Of a stretch of 19,595 bases of DNA, positions 14,817-19,595 are shown in pieces. This stretch comes from Candidatus Eiseniibacteriota bacterium (GTDB lineage Bacteria; ARS69): NCBI GenBank assembly GCA_052390515.1, contig JBQTGV010000212.1, forward strand, positions 1 through 19,595. The letters run 5' to 3'. Numbering within the stretch: position 1 is the first letter of the stretch; each line of letters starts with the position of its first letter. Below the pieces are notes generated by a model. It saw only the letters and a program-made list of their open reading frames with translations. It was not told the DNA's origin and did not search any database. The position numbers and the translations under genes are program-made.

Positions 14817-16916
14817 TTGTCCCTGCAACCGGGTGCGAGGATCGGTCACTACGTCGTCGTCGCCAGGCTCGGCGCGGGCGGCATGGGCGAGGTGTACCGC
14901 GCGCGCGACGAGCGCCTCGGGCGGGACGTGGCCATCAAGGCGGTGCGTCCCGAGGCGGCCGCGGACCGAGCCCGGATCGTGCGGTTCCTGGCCGAGGCGA
15001 AGACGGTCGCGTCGTTGAACCACCCCAACGTGCTCACCCTGCACGACTTCGGCGAGCACGAGGGCAGTCCCTACCTCGTGACCGAGTTGATCGACGGGAG
15101 GACGCTGCGCGACGTGATCGCGGAGGGCGCGCTCGAGATCGACGCGGCACTGGATCTCGCCGTGCAGATCGCGGAGGGATTGGGTAAGGCACACGCCGCC
15201 GGGATCGTGCACCGCGACATCAAGCCCGAGAACGTGATGCTGACCCGGGACGGCCACGCCAAGATCCTGGACTTCGGTCTCGCCAAGCTCCGTGACGCGC
15301 GCGAGGCAGCCGCCGACGTCACCGTTGACGCGCAGCTCACCGCCACCGGAATGATCCTCGGCACGCCTGCCTACATGTCTCCGGAGCAGCTGCGCGGGCG
15401 GTCGGCCGACTCACGCTCCGACGTGTTCGCCCTGGGGCTCCTCATCTACGAGCTCGTCACCGGGGCGAATCCCTTCCGCAAGGACAGCGCCGTCGAGACG
15501 ATGAACGCGATCCTCAACGAGGAGCCGCCCACGCTCGCGCGGCGCAGCGGGATTCCCGCGGCGCTCTCCGACATCGTCGGCCGGGCCACGGCGAAGGACC
15601 CCGCGCGACGCTTCGCGGACGGCAGAGAGCTCGCCGGCGCGCTCGACGTTCTCCGCAAGCAGGGGTCGCTCGCCACTTCGCGGCAGCCCGTCCCGCGGGC
15701 GCTCCCGGTGGGGAGGATCGCCGCGGTGGTGGCGATCGTGGCCGGCACGTGGCTGGTCTGGGATCTCGGGCGGACGAAGCCGGACTCGTCGCTGCCCTTG
15801 CCTCAGGTCCCCGCCGTTCCGGTCGTCGCGACGCCCGACGTGGCCTCGTTCGCGCTGCCGGAGGGGAAGATGGGGATCGCCATCGTGCCCATCGTGGACG
15901 AGGCCGGGGACGAGGAACTGACTCGCGCCGACATCGGCAGGATCCTGGCCGACGCCTTCGTGCAGGTGCTGGTGGACTTTCCCGGGTTCTACGTGATCGA
16001 CCGGTACCGGCTGGATAGCATCGCCATGCAGCTCGGCCGGTCGATGGAAGAGGCAGGAGCGGATCGTGCTCTCGCCCGCGAGATCGGAACGCGCGCCGCC
16101 GCCAGCGCCGTCCTCTCCGGGCGGCTCACGCGTCTCGGCGGCTCGTACATCCTCAACGCGACGCTCACGCAGATCGAGGGGGACGTGGTGCTGCACAGCT
16201 TCCAGGCGCAGGCCGGCGACGCCGCGTCGCTGGTGGCCGAGCTGACCGGGCGTGTTACCGAGGACCTCCGCCGGAGGTACAGCGTCAGCGAGGAGATGCC
16301 CGACGTGCACGGCGTGGCCACGGCGTCCCTCGAGGCGTACACCCACTACATCCGCGGCGACGATCTCATCCACGAGGGCAACTGGAAGGCGGCCGTCCCG
16401 GAGCTGGAGCAGGCGGTGCAAATCGATCCGGAGATGGCGCTGGCTTGGTCGGCGCTGTCCTGCGCGTTCTCCTTCGACGGCCGGGAGGCCGAGGCCCGGG
16501 CTGCGTTCCTCCAGGCCAACCGCTTCACCGACCGGCTCAACGAGCAGGAGCGGAAGTGGGTGGAGCTCGACGGAGTCTGGGTCAACTCGCAGAACGGGGA
16601 TCTGTACCTCGATGCGGTCGAGGATTACTTGGAGAAGTACCCGGACGACCACCAGAGCATCTTCTACGCGGGACTCGCCTGGCAGTGGCTGAAGGGTGAC
16701 TGCGACAGCGCGCTGGTCTGGTACGAGCGCGCCTGGCGGGTCAGTCCCGGCTGGTATCCGGTCACGAAGGCGAAAGTGGACTGTCTCCTGCAGATGAAAC
16801 GTGTCGAGGACGCCAGGCGCATTCTGCGCGAGTACATCGCGCTGCCGTCGGTGCGGGAGCACGGCAGGATGCAGGCGACCGCGCGGCTGCAGGAGATCCA
16901 GATGGGCGTCCAGTGA
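14817..16916 (+). CDS. Hanks-type Ser/Thr protein kinase with a TM helix, a TolB-N/FlgO-like alpha/beta domain and TPR-like repeats
   Basis: GAGGMGEVY, VAIK, HRDIKPEN, DFGLAK, GTPAYMSPEQ, SDVFALG. TM segment IAAVVAIVAGTWLVW. Then IAIVPI...AVLSGRLTRLGGSYILNATL and TASLEAYTHYIRG...AVQIDPEMALAW. TTG start after AGGAG. Confidence 0.92.
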   Translation: MSLQPGARIGHYVVVARLGAGGMGEVYRARDERLGRDVAIKAVRPEAAADRARIVRFLAEAKTVASLNHPNVLTLHDFGEHEGSPYLVTELIDGRTLRDVIAEGALEIDAALDLAVQIAEGLGKAHAAGIVHRDIKPENVMLTRDGHAKILDFGLAKLRDAREAAADVTVDAQLTATGMILGTPAYMSPEQLRGRSADSRSDVFALGLLIYELVTGANPFRKDSAVETMNAILNEEPPTLARRSGIPAALSDIVGRATAKDPARRFADGRELAGALDVLRKQGSLATSRQPVPRALPVGRIAAVVAIVAGTWLVWDLGRTKPDSSLPLPQVPAVPVVATPDVASFALPEGKMGIAIVPIVDEAGDEELTRADIGRILADAFVQVLVDFPGFYVIDRYRLDSIAMQLGRSMEEAGADRALAREIGTRAAASAVLSGRLTRLGGSYILNATLTQIEGDVVLHSFQAQAGDAASLVAELTGRVTEDLRRRYSVSEEMPDVHGVATASLEAYTHYIRGDDLIHEGNWKAAVPELEQAVQIDPEMALAWSALSCAFSFDGREAEARAAFLQANRFTDRLNEQERKWVELDGVWVNSQNGDLYLDAVEDYLEKYPDDHQSIFYAGLAWQWLKGDCDSALVWYERAWRVSPGWYPVTKAKVDCLLQMKRVEDARRILREYIALPSVREHGRMQATARLQEIQMGVQ

Positions 16917-16926
16917 CGCGCCGCGC

Positions 16927-17643
16927 TCAGTCGCGCACGTAGCCCCAGAGGAACCTCGCCTTTTCCATGCGCCGGCGGATGTCGCCGGCGTAGCGCCGGT
17001 AGCTGGACGACGACGCCCCCGGGTGCCACACGTCGGGCCGCGGGAGCCCCGCCGCGAGTTCCGCTGCCTCGTGTTCGTCCAGCCCCGCGGCGGACTTCCC
17101 GAAGTAGCGGCGCGACGCCGCCTCTACGCCGAAGATCCCCGGTCCGAACTCCGCGACGTTCATGTAGATCTCCAGGATGCGGCGCTTGGAGAGGTGCCGC
17201 TCGAGCGAGCGGGTGAGCAGCGCCTCGCGGACCTTGCGCAGCGGGTTGCGGGACGGCGAGAGCCACAGGTTCTTGGCGAGCTGCTGCGTGATCGTGGATG
17301 CGCCGCGGAGCTTCTTCCCCTCGACGACGGCGTCGTGCAACGCCGCCTTCATCTCCGTCCGGGAGAAGCCCTCGTGAGCGAAGAATTCCATGTCCTCGCC
17401 CGCGACGACGGCGCGGCGCAGGTGCACGGAGATGCGCTCGTCCGGAACCCAGATCCACTCGACGGTGGGCTCGCCGGCCTTCGCACGACGTTCGCTCTCC
17501 CGGCGGATGAACGCGCTGGTCCCGGGTCTGGCCGAGGAGAGGGCGGCGACGTCGGGCCAGGTGAGCGCCTCCCACGCTGCGACGACCAGGACCGCGCCGC
17601 TCAGCGCGAGGACCGCGCGGCGCAGGGGCGACCGGGGGATCAC
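16927..17643 (-). CDS. mtgA: Monofunctional biosynthetic peptidoglycan transglycosylase (238 aa; start GTG 17643)
   Basis: N-terminal TM helix and GT51 motifs EDMEFFAHEG, GASTITQQLAKNL, RKVRE, KRRILEIYMN. No transpeptidase domain. GTGA overlap with the upstream gene's stop. Confidence 0.92.
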   Translation of the reverse strand: MIPRSPLRRAVLALSGAVLVVAAWEALTWPDVAALSSARPGTSAFIRRESERRAKAGEPTVEWIWVPDERISVHLRRAVVAGEDMEFFAHEGFSRTEMKAALHDAVVEGKKLRGASTITQQLAKNLWLSPSRNPLRKVREALLTRSLERHLSKRRILEIYMNVAEFGPGIFGVEAASRRYFGKSAAGLDEHEAAELAAGLPRPDVWHPGASSSSYRRYAGDIRRRMEKARFLWGYVRD

Positions 17644-18833
17644 GGTCCTGGGAGCTCGTCGCCCAGCTTCTGCAGGACGACGAACTTGAGGTACGCGGTC
17701 TCCGGCATGGACGGGAGCACGGGGTGGTCGGCGGGCTGCGATCCCCGGAAGAGCAGCCTCACGCGGCACTCCGCCTTCTGGGCCGAGTAGCGCAGGATCT
17801 TCTCGAAGTCCTTCTCCGGAAGCGCCGTCGAGCACGAGCTCGTCGCCAGGATGCCGCCCGGCGACAGGAGCCTCAGCGCGTTGATGTTCAGCAGTTGATA
17901 GGATCGGACCGCGGCGTCGACGTGCTTCCTGCTCTTGGCGAAGGCCGGCGGGTCCAGCACGACGAGATCGAAGCGCCGCTCCTCCTCGACGAGCGTCACG
18001 ATCCGGTCCAGCAGGTTCGCGCGCTCGAACGAGAAGCGGGAGCGGAGTCCGTTGCGCTCGGCGTTGCGCGCCGCGCGCTGCAGTGCTGCGTCCGAGGAGT
18101 CCACCGCCAGCACTTCCGTCGCGCCGCCCGCGGCGGCGTGCAGGCCGAAACCGCCGTCCGCACAGAACGCGTCCAGCACGCTTCGCCCCGCGGCAAAACG
18201 GCGCAGCGCGATCCGGTGGAAGCGCTGGTCGAGGAACGCTCCGGTCTTGGGGCCGTCGAGCACGTCGACCTCGAACGTGAGGCCGGCCTCCTCGACCAGA
18301 ACCGGCCCGTCGAGCGCGCCGCGGAGGACCCCGCGCGCTTCGTCCAGCCCATCCTTGGCGCGGAGCCAGTTGTCGTCGCGCTGCACGATCGCGCGGGGAG
18401 AGGCGACCTCCTCCAGCACGTAGAGCAGCCCCTCGCGGCGGCGCTCGATGCCGGCGCACACCGTGGACCACACCAGCACGTCGCCGTAGCGGTCCACCAC
18501 GGTGCCGGGGACGCCGTCGCTCTCGCCGTGCAGCAGACGCCAGGCGTCGAAGTCGGCGAAGGCGCGCCGCCGGAACTCGAAGGCGCGCCGCACCCGCTCA
18601 GCCAGGATCTGGTCCACGTCGGACTCGAGGTCCGGGGTCAGGAACCGGACCTGGATCTGCGAGGTCTCGTGAAAGAGGCCGAGGCCGAGCGCCGTCCCAT
18701 CCGACGATTCGATCCGCACCGCGTCGCCCGTCACCGGCCAGCCGGCCGTCTTCGCCACCTGGTTGGCGAAGATCCACGGGTAGCCGTGGTGGAGCCCCGA
18801 CTCCGCGCGCGGGCGGAGCACGACCGACTTCAA
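17640..18833 (-). CDS. rlmI: RlmI-like class I SAM-dependent rRNA methyltransferase
   Basis: PUA-like GYPWIF, HGESDGVPGTVVDRY, GPKTGAFLDQR, VLDAFCADGGF, VVLDPPAFAK, TSSCS, DHPVLPSMPETAYLK. Confidence 0.85.
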   Translation of the reverse strand: MKSVVLRPRAESGLHHGYPWIFANQVAKTAGWPVTGDAVRIESSDGTALGLGLFHETSQIQVRFLTPDLESDVDQILAERVRRAFEFRRRAFADFDAWRLLHGESDGVPGTVVDRYGDVLVWSTVCAGIERRREGLLYVLEEVASPRAIVQRDDNWLRAKDGLDEARGVLRGALDGPVLVEEAGLTFEVDVLDGPKTGAFLDQRFHRIALRRFAAGRSVLDAFCADGGFGLHAAAGGATEVLAVDSSDAALQRAARNAERNGLRSRFSFERANLLDRIVTLVEEERRFDLVVLDPPAFAKSRKHVDAAVRSYQLLNINALRLLSPGGILATSSCSTALPEKDFEKILRYSAQKAECRVRLLFRGSQPADHPVLPSMPETAYLKFVVLQKLGDELPGP

Positions 18834-19595
18834 GGCAGGCGCGCGAGACGATGCAGCAGAACGGCGACGCGCTTCGCCTGCATCGGCAGCGTGCGCAGGT
18901 CCGCGGTCTCCTCCACGGTGTGGCCGCCGGTGCCCATGAGCCCGATGCCGTCGAGCGCCATCTCCACGAGCCCGGCGGTGAACGAGATGTCCGCGGCTCC
19001 CGCCCGGGAGGGATCCACCGCCTCGACCGGACCGAACCCGAGATCCCGGCTGGCTTCGTCGAACAGGGCGAGAAGCCGGCGATTCCCGTTCGTCGGGGCG
19101 AGCGGCGGGTACAGATCCTCGAACACGATCTCGGCGCTCGTCTGCGCCCCGCCGTCGGCGGCGATCCGCCGCATGGCGTCCTTGGCGCGCTCGCGCTGCT
19201 CGGTGGAGAGCGCCCGCAGATCCCCGGCCACGACCGCGCTCTCGGCGATCACGTTGACCTTGCCGGAGGCCTCGCCGCGGGTTCGGTCGGGATCGAAGGC
19301 GACCGAGGAGCCGCCGAGGATGACCCCCGGATTGAAAGTGAGGTACTCCTCTCCGGCCAGCTCGTCGTGGAACGTATCAAGAATGCGCGCCGCCTCGAAG
19401 ACGGCTCCCGCGCCGATCTCTTCGCGGAAGATTTGCGAAGAGTGTGCCGGGCGCCCCCGCGCACGCAGCTCCCACGTCGAGGCGCTGCGCCGCGCGATCA
19501 CGGCGGTGCGCGGATCGCCCGCGCCGTCCTCGAACCCGATGGCGAGGTCGGCACGCTCCGCGGCGGCCAGCAGATCCCGCCTTGCCAGCGCGAGC
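18830..19595 (-). CDS. M20 family metallopeptidase (glutamate carboxypeptidase-like); 5' end lies outside the window
   Basis: Frame open from the window edge (LALARRDLLAAAERADLAIGFEDG...). Motifs GRPAHSS, FNPGVILGG, NVIA, GDLRAL, GAADISF, DGIGLMGTGGHTVEE. TTGA overlap with the rlmI start. Confidence 0.88.
   Translation of the reverse strand, partial: LALARRDLLAAAERADLAIGFEDGAGDPRTAVIARRSASTWELRARGRPAHSSQIFREEIGAGAVFEAARILDTFHDELAGEEYLTFNPGVILGGSSVAFDPDRTRGEASGKVNVIAESAVVAGDLRALSTEQRERAKDAMRRIAADGGAQTSAEIVFEDLYPPLAPTNGNRRLLALFDEASRDLGFGPVEAVDPSRAGAADISFTAGLVEMALDGIGLMGTGGHTVEETADLRTLPMQAKRVAVLLHRLARLP

Noticed and set aside
17644-18471. 514-aa version of mtgA
   Set aside because: The upstream part overlaps rlmI in another frame. 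The TM anchor begins just after GTG 17643.

Overview
GC-rich bacterial chromosomal segment with dense coding. I found no mobile element, CRISPR array, rRNA or tRNA. From left to right: (1) a partial minus-strand secreted protein with six PD40/TolB-like repeats plus a DUF11 domain, which the ORF track misses; (2) lhgO, preceded by a possibly structured leader; (3) a plus-strand run of a 67-aa C6H2 zinc finger, hemH, a long-form guaA, DNA topoisomerase VI subunit B, an MBOAT-SGNH fusion and topoisomerase VI subunit A; (4) a minus-strand CxxC lipoprotein; (5) a three-gene unit of a secreted DxxGxDxY-repeat protein, an SbnI-like free serine kinase and a membrane Ser/Thr kinase; (6) a convergent, coupled minus-strand run of an M20 peptidase (partial), an RlmI-like methyltransferase and mtgA. 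The most notable points are a Topo VI B/A pair split by an MBOAT-SGNH fusion, a stand-alone zinc finger resembling the N-terminal domain of bacterial ZZ-histones in the same run as Topo VI subunits with basic N-tails, and an SbnI homolog with no siderophore genes nearby. All family assignments come from motif recognition by eye; no searches were run.
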